DNA of 64,000 nt, from positions 32,001 to 96,000 of the forward strand of contig CAVPPB010000003.1 in assembly GCA_963707215.1 (NCBI GenBank), written 5' to 3'. The DNA is from an uncultured Chloroflexia bacterium. Lineage in GTDB: Bacteria > Chloroflexota > Limnocylindria > Limnocylindrales > CSP1-4. Below, piece by piece: positions 1-8,396 of the stretch; the stretch's first letter is position 1; each line of letters starts with the position of its first letter. The notes under the pieces were generated by a model. It saw only the letters and a program-made list of their open reading frames with translations. It was not told the DNA's origin and made no database searches. Made by a program: the position numbers and the translations under genes.

Positions 1-2
1 CG

Positions 3-614
3 CCAGAGGCGCTCGTCGTCAGCGGCGGCCTCTTCCACGGGCTCCAGCTCTGGGTGAACCTGCCGCGCGCGCAGAAGTGGGCGGCACCGCGCTACCAGGA
101 TCTCCGCGCCTCGGAGGTCGCCCTCCTCGCCTCCGAGGACGGCGGGGCGCTCCTCCGGGTCATCGCCGGCGATCTCGGAGGACACCGCGGCCCGGGCTCC
201 ACGTACACGCCGATGACGATGGTCCATGCCACCGTCAGCGCTGGCGGCCAGGTGGATCTGCCGTGGCGAGCCGACCAGAACGCCCTTCTCTACGTCCTGT
301 CCGGCCACGGCACCGTGGGGCCCGATCAACGACCGGTGCGGACCGGCCAGCTCGTCGTCTTCGGCGCCGGCGACACGCTGACCTTCACGGCGGCCGAGGT
401 CCAGGAGAGCCGGAGCCCGAGTCTTGAGGTCGTGCTCCTCGGCGGCCGGCCGATCCGCGAGCCGGTGGCGTGGTACGGCCCGTTCGTCATGAACACCCGA
501 GACGAGATCATCCAGGCCATCGAGGACTACCAGGCGGGTCGCCTCGGCTCCGTCCCGGCCGTCCACGGCGCGCCGACCACCTTGGTGGAGTCGCGGGCGT
601 CGCACGCCGACTGA
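3..614 (+). CDS. Pirin family protein (5'-truncated by window edge)
   Basis: Frame open from base 3; FHGLQLWVNLP and C-terminal GRPIREPVAWYGPFVMNT are typical pirin motifs. Confidence 0.9.
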   Translation, partial: PEALVVSGGLFHGLQLWVNLPRAQKWAAPRYQDLRASEVALLASEDGGALLRVIAGDLGGHRGPGSTYTPMTMVHATVSAGGQVDLPWRADQNALLYVLSGHGTVGPDQRPVRTGQLVVFGAGDTLTFTAAEVQESRSPSLEVVLLGGRPIREPVAWYGPFVMNTRDEIIQAIEDYQAGRLGSVPAVHGAPTTLVESRASHAD

Positions 615-643
615 CCCGCCCTCGACACGCAGAGGAGCACGCC

Positions 644-973
644 GTGGCATACGACGAAGGACTCGCGGAGCGGATCCGCCGCGTCGTGGGGTCGCAGCCC
701 GCTGCCATGGAGCGGAAGATGTTCGGCGGGATCGCCTTCATGATCAACGGGAACATGGCCTGCGGGGTCATCGGGAGGGATCTCATGGTCCGGGTCGGTC
801 CCGACGCCCATGACTCGGCCCTGTCCGAGGCTCACGCGCGACCGATGGACTTCAACGGGCGCCCGATGCGGGGGATGGTGTTCGTCGCTCCTGCCGGGGT
901 CGCGAGCGATGCCGATCTCGAACGCTGGGTCGAGCGCGGAGCCTCATTCGCGGGTTCCCTGCCGGTCAAGTGA
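644..973 (+). CDS. TfoX/Sxy N-terminal domain protein
   Basis: GTG at 644 after GAGGAG; MAYDEGLAERIR...ERKMFGGIAFMINGNMACGV...MRG is the TfoX_N pattern. Confidence 0.85.
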   Translation: MAYDEGLAERIRRVVGSQPAAMERKMFGGIAFMINGNMACGVIGRDLMVRVGPDAHDSALSEAHARPMDFNGRPMRGMVFVAPAGVASDADLERWVERGASFAGSLPVK

Positions 974-1013
974 CGATCACCGGGATCGGACCGCAGCCGT
1001 GGAGGTCGAAGCG

Positions 1014-1421
1014 ATGACGACAGGTTCCGGCACACCCGATGATCCCTGGGTGCTGCGCACCCCACCGGGCACCTCGGAGTACGCCATGTGGCGTGACGAA
1101 GACGCCGATCCCCCGGCGCTCGTCTGCCAGGTGGGCACCACCCAGCTCCGCTACCGCCTCCGGGCGATCGAGGATCTGCACGCGATGCTCCGGGCCGACG
1201 GCGGATGGATGCCGCTCGGGGCGGCCGACGAGCAGAGAGCTGCAGCCGGGGGCACCGTCGAGGCGTGGGGGCGTTCGGCCGACAACCCGGTCGGGGGCTG
1301 GTACGGTCTTCGCAAGGGCTACCGAGGCCGGTTCGGGATGTACGTGCCGCCGTTGCTGGAGGTTCTCGGGCTGGCCGAGCTCACTCACGAGCCTCGCAAC
1401 AACCGGATGCGCGCCGTCTGA
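1014..1421 (+). CDS. Conserved hypothetical protein (DUF6855-like)
   Basis: ATG 1014 after GGAGG; GTPDDPWVLRTPPGTSEY...PVGGWYGLRKGYRGRFGMYVPPLLE...NNRMRA recalled as DUF6855. Confidence 0.7.
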   Translation: MTTGSGTPDDPWVLRTPPGTSEYAMWRDEDADPPALVCQVGTTQLRYRLRAIEDLHAMLRADGGWMPLGAADEQRAAAGGTVEAWGRSADNPVGGWYGLRKGYRGRFGMYVPPLLEVLGLAELTHEPRNNRMRAV

Positions 1422-1516
1422 CACTGGCGACCCTCCCGGGCCGGCTCTTGACCGGTGTGCGAGCATCGGTCCACGGCCGCCCGGGTGGCCCGGGTGGCCG
1501 GTGCTGGAGGCGTCCC

Positions 1517-1780
1517 ATGCCCTCGCCGACCCTGTTCCCTGCGAGCGTCCTCCGAGCGCCCGCCCCGTCCGCCCGGTGTTCGTGTGAGCACTCGATCCAC
1601 TGTGACTGCGCCTGTCACGGACGCGACTGCGACCCGACCCAGACCAGCTGCGACCTGGACTTCCTGCCGGACGATGGCGGGCTCACCCGCTGGGGCTGCG
1701 CCGGCTGCACGCCGGGCGAAGCCGGGGCCCACTACCTCGGCTGCGAGCTGATCGGCTGGAACGTGTCACTCGGGCGGTGA
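1517..1780 (+). CDS. 87-aa Cys/His-rich small protein, putative metal-binding
   Basis: GGAGG (1506-1510) 6 nt before ATG; 10 Cys and 4 His including CxC, CxCxCH and CxxC-x7-HxxxC. Confidence 0.6.
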   Translation: MPSPTLFPASVLRAPAPSARCSCEHSIHCDCACHGRDCDPTQTSCDLDFLPDDGGLTRWGCAGCTPGEAGAHYLGCELIGWNVSLGR

Positions 1781-1880
1781 GCCACCCGATCGCCCCGCCA
1801 GACTCATCCAAGGACCCTGCCACGCTCGTGGCCGCCTGCTAGGCTCTGCAGCCCCAGCCTGACCGCGCACGGAGACCGCG

Positions 1881-2366
1881 ATGCCGACGATCACCCCGAA
1901 CCTGTGGTTCGATGGCCGTGCGGAGGAGGCAGCCGCCTTCTACACCTCGATCTTCCCGAACAGCCGGATCGAGGCCGTCACCCGGGCCCCGGCGGACAAC
2001 CCGAGCACCGCTGTCGGCGAGGTCCTCCTGGTCCGCTTCACGCTCGACGGGATGCCGTTCGTCGGCATCAACGGCGGCCCTCGATTCCCGTTCACCGAGG
2101 CGGTCTCGTTCGAGATCGACTGCGAGGATCAGGCCGAGGTCGACCGCTACTGGGACGCCCTCGGCGGAGGGGGAGGGGATCACGGGCAGTGCGGCTGGCT
2201 CAAGGACCGCTTCGGGCTTTCGTGGCAGGTCGTGCCGCGGAGGGCGGCCGACTACCTTGGCGGCCCCGACCCGGAGGGCGCGGCGCGGGCCATGACGGCG
2301 ATGCTCGCGATGGGCAGGCTCGACGTCGAGACCCTCCGGCTCGCCTACGAGGGCCCGGCGGAGTGA
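1881..2366 (+). CDS. VOC family protein (PhnB / 3-demethylubiquinone-9 3-methyltransferase-like)
   Basis: ITPNLWFDGRAEEAAAFY, NGGPRFPFTEAVSF, CGWLKDRFGLSWQVVP. Confidence 0.92.
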   Translation: MPTITPNLWFDGRAEEAAAFYTSIFPNSRIEAVTRAPADNPSTAVGEVLLVRFTLDGMPFVGINGGPRFPFTEAVSFEIDCEDQAEVDRYWDALGGGGGDHGQCGWLKDRFGLSWQVVPRRAADYLGGPDPEGAARAMTAMLAMGRLDVETLRLAYEGPAE

Positions 2367-2524
2367 GCGAGCCGTCGGCCAGGGAGCCGACCGCCCTCGG
2401 TCGTGTCCCGGCGGTCATCACCATCGCCGCCGAGGCGCATGCAGGGTTCCGGCCGATCCCTCAGTTCGGCCCGTACCACCCGAATCCGCTGATTCGCTGC
2501 CACCAGCGGCTGCTCGTCCGCTAG
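2363..2524 (+). pseudogene. 53-codon ORF, probable internally deleted GNAT acetyltransferase remnant
   Basis: GTG overlaps the VOC stop (GTGA); C-terminus AGFRPIPQFGPYHPNPLIRCHQRLL resembles a GNAT C-terminal segment, but the acetyl-CoA-binding core is absent. Confidence 0.4.
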
Positions 2525-2529
2525 ATCCG

Positions 2530-4578
2530 ATGGCCCGTCCCTCGTATCCGGTCGCCCCCGCCACCGATCAGGTCGACGATCATCACGGCACGCCGATCGC
2601 GGACCCATATCGACCTCTCGAGGATGCGGACGCTCCAGCGACCCGCTCCTGGATCGCCGCCGAGAATTCGCTGACTGAACGGATCCTCTCCGGGCAGCCG
2701 ACCCGTCCGGCCATCCGGCGGCGCCTGGCCGAGCTATGGGACCATCCGCGCGCCGGCGCGCCCTGGCGACGCGGCGACCGCTGGTTCCAGCTCCGTAACT
2801 CGGGGCTCCAGGACCAGGACGTCCTGTGGACCACCGACGAGCCGGGAGCGAACGGAACGGTCCTGCTCGACCCGAATGCGCTCGGCACCGAGGGCACGAC
2901 GACGCTCGCGGCGGTTGCCGTGGCAGACAGCGGCAGGCTCGTCGCCTGCGCGACGAGCGAGGCGGGCTCGGACTGGCGGACCTGGACTGTCCGGCGGGTC
3001 GCCACCGGGGAGGAGATGGCGGACCGGGTCCCCTGGAGCAAGTTCTCGTCGGCTGCCTGGACGGAGGACGACGCAGGCTTCTTCTACGCGCGCTACCCGG
3101 AGCCGCCAAGAGGCGCGGCGGACGACGCTCCGAACACCGACATGGAGCTCCGCTACCACCGAGTCGGGACGGATGTGGCTCGAGATCGGCTCGTGTTCGC
3201 GACGCCGGATCAGCCCGAGTTGGGGTTCGAGCCCCTCGTGACCGACGATGGCCACCTCCTCGTCGTGACGATCTCACGGGGGACCGACCCCGAGAGTCGG
3301 ATCCATGCCGCCGACCTCTCAGCCGGGATCGAGGGCGCCGTGGTGCGACCGGTCCTGGACCAGGGGGACGCCCTGTACGAGCCGATCGGCGCCGTCGATG
3401 GGACCCTGTACCTGCGGACCGATCTCGATGCCCCACTCGGCCGGGTCATCGCCGTCGACGTCGATCAGCCGACGTCGATCCGGGAGATCGTGCCGGAGAG
3501 GGAAGACGCCCTGGAGCGGGCCGAGCTCGTCGGCGACCGCCTCGCGCTGGCATACCTTCACCATGCCCACCACCGTCTGGCCATCCACGAGCGTGACGGT
3601 CGGCACGTGACCGACGTCGCGCTCCCGGGGATCGGGACCATCGTTGACATGGCGGGCCGCCGCCACGACGAGGAGCTGTACCTGACCCTCGCGACCTTCT
3701 TCGAACCAGCGGTGGTCGTGGCCGTGCGGATGACGACCGGCGCCGTTCGCGTGGTGAGCCGCCCGGCGCTCTCGTGGGATCCGGCCGTCTACGTGAGCGA
3801 GCAGGTCTTCGTGGCTTCCAGGGACGGCACCAGGGTCCCGCTGTTCCTGGCCCGTCGGCGGGACGTGACGCCGACGGGCGACATCCCGACCCTGCTCTAC
3901 GGGTACGGCGGCTTCCAGATCGCAGTCGGACCGACGTTCAAGCCCGAGTGGCTCGCCTGGATGGAACGTGGCGGCCTCCTCGCCGTGGCCTCGCTCCGTG
4001 GGGGAGGGGAGTACGGCAAGTCCTGGCACGATGCCGGTCGCCTGGCAGGCAAGCAGAACGTGTTCGACGACTTCGCCGCGTGCGCCCGCTGGCTGGCAGC
4101 ATCCGGCTGGACCCGGCCCGGTCGGATCGGCATCACGGGTCGTTCGAACGGCGGCCTCCTGGTGGGGGCGAGCCTGACCCAGCACCCGGAGCTGGTCGGG
4201 GCGGCCGTCGCCGAGGTCGGCGTGATGGACATGCTCCGGTTCCACCGCTTTACGATCGGCCATGCCTGGACGAGCGACTACGGATCGCCCGACGACCCGG
4301 AGCAGTTCCACGTGCTCGCCGCCTACTCGCCGCTCCACAACATCCGGGATGGGGTGGCCTACCCGCCGACCCTGGTGACGACCGGCGACCACGACGACCG
4401 GGTCGTGCCCGGGCACTCGTTCAAGTTCGCTGCGGCGCTCCAGGCCGCCCAGGCCGGCGATGCGCCGATCCTGATCCGGGTCGACACCGACGCGGGCCAC
4501 GGGCTGGGCAAGCCGATCAGCAAGCTGATCGACGAACGCGCCGACGTCCTCGCCTTCCTGGAGCTGGCGCTCGCATGA
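2530..4578 (+). CDS. Prolyl oligopeptidase (S9A serine peptidase)
   Basis: IADPYRPLED N-terminus; YGYGGF, RGGGEYG; catalytic GRSNGG, DDRVVP, AGHG. Confidence 0.96.
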   Translation: MARPSYPVAPATDQVDDHHGTPIADPYRPLEDADAPATRSWIAAENSLTERILSGQPTRPAIRRRLAELWDHPRAGAPWRRGDRWFQLRNSGLQDQDVLWTTDEPGANGTVLLDPNALGTEGTTTLAAVAVADSGRLVACATSEAGSDWRTWTVRRVATGEEMADRVPWSKFSSAAWTEDDAGFFYARYPEPPRGAADDAPNTDMELRYHRVGTDVARDRLVFATPDQPELGFEPLVTDDGHLLVVTISRGTDPESRIHAADLSAGIEGAVVRPVLDQGDALYEPIGAVDGTLYLRTDLDAPLGRVIAVDVDQPTSIREIVPEREDALERAELVGDRLALAYLHHAHHRLAIHERDGRHVTDVALPGIGTIVDMAGRRHDEELYLTLATFFEPAVVVAVRMTTGAVRVVSRPALSWDPAVYVSEQVFVASRDGTRVPLFLARRRDVTPTGDIPTLLYGYGGFQIAVGPTFKPEWLAWMERGGLLAVASLRGGGEYGKSWHDAGRLAGKQNVFDDFAACARWLAASGWTRPGRIGITGRSNGGLLVGASLTQHPELVGAAVAEVGVMDMLRFHRFTIGHAWTSDYGSPDDPEQFHVLAAYSPLHNIRDGVAYPPTLVTTGDHDDRVVPGHSFKFAAALQAAQAGDAPILIRVDTDAGHGLGKPISKLIDERADVLAFLELALA

Positions 4579-5555
4579 AGGCCGCCCTGCGTACGCGGTA
4601 CGGTCCACCGGATGTCGTCGAGGTCGCCGACGTGGCCCGGCCGGAGCCGGTCGGCGACGAGGTCCTCGTCCGTATGCAGGCCGCCTCGGTGAACCGCGCC
4701 GACCTCGACCTCATCTACCCGAAGCCGGGCTTCGTTCGCCTGTTCCTGGGGGTGCGGGCGCCGCGGGCCCCCGGGATCGGCTGTGATCTCGCCGGTGTGG
4801 TCGAGGCCGTCGGCCCCACGGCCAGGAGGTTCCGGCCGGGTGATCGCGTTTTCGGGGACATGTACCCGTTCGGGCTCGGCTCGTTCGCCGAGTACAAGGC
4901 CGTGCCCGAACGCGCCCTCCTGCCGATCCCCTCGGGCCTGAGCTTCGAGGTGGCAGCCACCCTTCCGCACGCCGGGATCCTGGCGGTCCAGGGCCTCCGT
5001 CGCCGTGGCGGGAATACGGTCCGTCCGGGCGACAGGGTCCTTGTCGTGGGGGCATCGGGCAACGTCGGGCCGTTCGCCGTCCAGGTCGCGAAGTCGCTCG
5101 GGGCGGAGGTCACCGGTGTGTGCAGCACGGCGAAGACGGAGTTCGTCCGGTCCCTCGGCGCCGATCACGTCATCGACTACACGAAGGAGGACTACACGAC
5201 GAGCGGCGCCCGGTACGACTGGATCGTCGACGTCGAGTCGCATCACGGGATCCCCGCGGTCCGGCGGGCACTGCGGCCAGGCGGCACCTACGTGACCCTG
5301 GGTGGGGGAGCGTGGCTCATCCTGGGCGCGCTGACCCTGGGCCCCCTGATGTCGCTGAGGAGCGACCGCTGGTCCGGCCTCTTGCTGTGGTGGCGACCGT
5401 TCGCGGCCGAGGACATGACGACCCTGACCGCGCTCGTGGCCGACGAACAGGTCAGGCCGGCGATCGACCGAAGCTTCGGCCTGGATGAGGTCGCGGAAGC
5501 ACTGCGCTACGTCGATGACGGTCACGCCCGGGGCAAGGTCATCATCAGGCCCTGA
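4575..5555 (+). CDS. NAD(P)-dependent alcohol dehydrogenase / quinone oxidoreductase-like (MDR family)
   Basis: ATGA overlap with the upstream stop; MKAALRTRYGPPDV, GASGNVG, LGADHVIDY, GHARGKVII. Confidence 0.9.
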   Translation: MKAALRTRYGPPDVVEVADVARPEPVGDEVLVRMQAASVNRADLDLIYPKPGFVRLFLGVRAPRAPGIGCDLAGVVEAVGPTARRFRPGDRVFGDMYPFGLGSFAEYKAVPERALLPIPSGLSFEVAATLPHAGILAVQGLRRRGGNTVRPGDRVLVVGASGNVGPFAVQVAKSLGAEVTGVCSTAKTEFVRSLGADHVIDYTKEDYTTSGARYDWIVDVESHHGIPAVRRALRPGGTYVTLGGGAWLILGALTLGPLMSLRSDRWSGLLLWWRPFAAEDMTTLTALVADEQVRPAIDRSFGLDEVAEALRYVDDGHARGKVIIRP

Positions 5556-5593
5556 TCGCGCCCGACGGACGCGGCAGGCCGCGGCGGGCTACG

Positions 5594-5863
5594 ATGCGGC
5601 TCGTGCGCTACCTCTCGGCGATCCTGCTCGTCCTGTCGCTGCCGGCGGGCGCCCTGGGCTACGCGCTCGGCGCCCGCATCGTCGAGGCCGTCGGGTTCCC
5701 CGAGCCCGTGCAGGGCATCCTGGCGCTCTTCCTGCCTCTGTTCGTCGGGGGCCTCTTCATGATCCCATTCGTCGCTGTCTTCTTCGACCGGATGGCGAAA
5801 CGGGATCTCGCGGCACGGCCCCAGAGCCGTGGCGGGAAGCCGGACGACAAGGGTCGCAGGTAG
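5594..5863 (+). CDS. Small membrane protein, 2 predicted TM helices
   Basis: 89 aa with two hydrophobic stretches and a charged tail. Confidence 0.65.
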   Translation: MRLVRYLSAILLVLSLPAGALGYALGARIVEAVGFPEPVQGILALFLPLFVGGLFMIPFVAVFFDRMAKRDLAARPQSRGGKPDDKGRR

Positions 5864-5998
5864 ACGACCCGAGCTCCTTGCGATGCGGAGCGGCCATGGA
5901 GCGTCGCCTGGCGAGTCGGTCGTGCACGTACAGGACGCGCCATCCGCGTCGGATCTCGCCGGAACCGATCAGGTCGTCGAGGCCTATACGTGCACATG

Positions 5999-6721
5999 TC
6001 AGATGGTCGGTGGGACGGGCCTGCCCGGGAACAGCAGCCTGAACTGCTTCGCGTACTGGCGCTTGCCCACGAGGCGCCAGAGCACCTTCACGGAGAGGGG
6101 CATGCCCGCGTAGAAGAGCTTGCGCTCGGCGGGCGTGGAGTTCGCGAGCAGCATCCCGAGCTGCGGCAGGAGGCGACTCTTCGGGATCGCGTCGACGCTG
6201 TGGTCGCCCATCGCCGTCCACTCCTCCGTGGTGACCACCCGCTCGGCCACCGGGACGACCTCCACCACTTCACGGCGCAGGTGGACCTTCAGCACCTCGA
6301 GCATCCGCACGTAGGCATCGGCCAGCTGTTCGCCGATCGCCGGGTCGGCCGTCGCGCGCCATCGGGCGAGGAGCGGCTCCGCCTCCGCGAGCAATGCCGC
6401 GACCTGCGCGTGGTGCGCCCGCATCTGGCCGACGTGGAGCGCGCAGGCCGGGGCGCGCTGCTCGAGCTTGTCCCACAGGAACTCGTCTTCGCTCTCGTGA
6501 TGCGTGTGCAGCGTCGTGTCGAGATCGGCGAGCCACTGGCCGAGGAATTCGCTGCGTGCCGTGTCGCCGGCGGGGGCGCCGCGCACCATCCCGGGCGCCT
6601 GTTCGTATCCCCACAGGAACGCGTTGTGCAGGATGCGCATGTCGTCGCCGTTGCACAGCTTCGGCCCGTCGGGAACGGGCGGAGCGGTCTCACCGGGCAG
6701 GGGGACGTACTCCATGGCCAT
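5999..6721 (-). CDS. Hemerythrin domain-containing protein
   Basis: MRILHNAF, LHTHHESED, MRAHH, HLRRE metal-ligand pattern; upstream TAGGCT -10 at 6758-6763. Confidence 0.85.
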   Translation of the reverse strand: MAMEYVPLPGETAPPVPDGPKLCNGDDMRILHNAFLWGYEQAPGMVRGAPAGDTARSEFLGQWLADLDTTLHTHHESEDEFLWDKLEQRAPACALHVGQMRAHHAQVAALLAEAEPLLARWRATADPAIGEQLADAYVRMLEVLKVHLRREVVEVVPVAERVVTTEEWTAMGDHSVDAIPKSRLLPQLGMLLANSTPAERKLFYAGMPLSVKVLWRLVGKRQYAKQFRLLFPGRPVPPTI

Positions 6722-6939
6722 GAACGGAGCTCCTGGTGGCGGGGTGGATCGTAAGGAAGCCTAGGGTCCACGACCGCGACCGGCAATCGGCAATCCCGCC
6801 ACGCGGACGCCGTCCGCGCTTCGTGGCGCACCGTGCGCGCTCGCATCGGCGGCGCGGATCGAGCCTTGCCTGGGCGGCGGATTGACCACGGGGCATGAGG
6901 ATCGATGCCGCCACGGCCATCCCATGCGTACCGGTCACG

Positions 6940-7200
6940 GACTTGACCGACGAACTGGCTCACGGCGCCCGCAGACCGTCGGGTTCGTGACCACAGGTCG
7001 ATAATCAGACAGCGCCGCCGGGATTCTGCTGCCCACTGGTCGATGAGACCGGATAAGCCGTCGACCGTCATCGCCGAAGTCGTCCGCGATGCCATCGACC
7101 CGACCGTCCCGAGCGATCCTGGTGACCGTCGGGCTCGCCACGCCCGCCTCCTGGCTGCAGCGGGGCGGTTGCACTCGGGGACTGGAGATCTGGCCGCACT
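6940..7200 (+). pseudogene. Degenerate CopG/ribbon-helix-helix (VapB-like) antitoxin remnant
   Basis: Frame 7043 reads IAEVVRDAID...RRARHARLLAAAGRLHSGTGDLAA, like RHH antitoxins; no intact N-terminus and no adjacent toxin. Confidence 0.4.
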
Positions 7201-7334
7201 GCGACCGACCCTGGCGATCGTCGGCCCGCTCCGTCAATTCGTGGGACACTTCGTGCACAGGAGTAGGACCGCCGCCCGCAGGGACCGCGCGACCCGGCTG
7301 AGGCCACGACGTGAAAGGAGCGGGAGTGACCGCG

Positions 7335-8099
7335 ATGACCAGCACCGCCGCACGCCCGGCCTGGGTGGAGCTCGCCACGGATGATCCAGCAGCCGCACGC
7401 GACTTCTATGCGAAGCTGTTCGGCTGGCAGGTCCAGGTCGATCCCGATCCACAGTACGGCGGCTACGGCATGGCTCGGCTCCCCGGTGGCGAGGGGGATG
7501 TCGCGGGCATCACGGCCAAGATGATGTCCGAGGCGCCGACGGCCTGGAACCTCTACATCGGCACCGATGACGCCGATGCCCTCAGCGCAGCGGTCACGGC
7601 CGCGGGCGGCAGCGTCCTCGCACCCGCCTTCGATGTCGGCGAGATGGGCCGGATGGCGGTCCTTGCCGATCCGACGGGGGCCGTGATCTCGGCCTGGCAG
7701 GCTGGCAGCATGCGCAGCTTCCGGACGGGCGAGCCGGGCACCTTGGGCTGGGCGGAGATCAGCGCGCGCGGGATGGACAAGGCGCGGGCGTTCTACGAGG
7801 CGGTCTTCGGCTGGACCAGCACGTCGAGCCCGATGGGGGAGGGCCAGCCCGACTACGTCGAGTTCTCGGTAGGCGGCGAGAGCGTCGTCGGCGGCATGGA
7901 GATGATGCCGATGGTCCCGCCCGAGGTGCCCAGCTACTGGATGCCGTACTTCAACGTCGAGAGCGTGGAGGACAGCTTCGAGCGCGCGATCGGTCTGGGC
8001 GCCACGGAGCTCGTGTCCCCGAGTGACATGCCGGGCGGCCGGTTCGCCATCGTGCAGGACCCGCAGGGAGCCGCGTTCGGCCTGCTTCGGCTGGGCTAG
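7335..8099 (+). CDS. VOC family protein (two-domain glyoxalase/bleomycin resistance-like)
   Basis: RPAWVELAT...AARDFYAKLFGW repeated as LGWAEI...ARAFYEAVFGW; GRFAIVQDPQGAAFGL. Confidence 0.92.
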   Translation: MTSTAARPAWVELATDDPAAARDFYAKLFGWQVQVDPDPQYGGYGMARLPGGEGDVAGITAKMMSEAPTAWNLYIGTDDADALSAAVTAAGGSVLAPAFDVGEMGRMAVLADPTGAVISAWQAGSMRSFRTGEPGTLGWAEISARGMDKARAFYEAVFGWTSTSSPMGEGQPDYVEFSVGGESVVGGMEMMPMVPPEVPSYWMPYFNVESVEDSFERAIGLGATELVSPSDMPGGRFAIVQDPQGAAFGLLRLG

Positions 8100-8120
8100 G
8101 CGACTCCAGAGCTCGCCCGT

Positions 8121-8146
8121 CGCTTCAGGGCGCTTCAGGGCGCTTC
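8121..8146. repeat. Short tandem repeat CGCTTCAGGG x2.6
   Basis: cgcttcaggg cgcttcaggg cgcttc seen directly. Confidence 0.7.
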
Positions 8147-8312
8147 CGTCAGCGCCACGACCCGGCTGGATACGCGGCATCACGGCCCCCGCGGCCCGCC
8201 GAGACCGCCAGAGGCCGGTCCTTCCTACGCGTGATGCGGGCCTGCGTCAGCTGACGCGCCCAGGAAGCCGGCACAGGCTGACGACGCACATCCGCACCTG
8301 GTGTGCGTCGCT

Positions 8313-8340
8313 GCAGGACATAACTTACCTTATCGGTAGT
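8313..8340 (-). other. dif: Putative dif (XerC/XerD recombination) site
   Basis: Minus strand ACTACCGATAA-GGTAAG-TTATGTCCTGC: 11-6-11 layout with CCGATAA/TTATGT cores; AT-rich island in an intergenic region between convergent genes. Confidence 0.72.
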
Positions 8341-8396
8341 GAGCCAGCGGACCTGAAGGGCCTCCCTGGCACCGAGGATCGCGGCTCGTCGCAGCG

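Noticed and set aside
1-8100. Integron cassette array or pdif module array
   Set aside because: No attC-type ends, no repeated intergenic element, only one dif-like site and no integrase in the window
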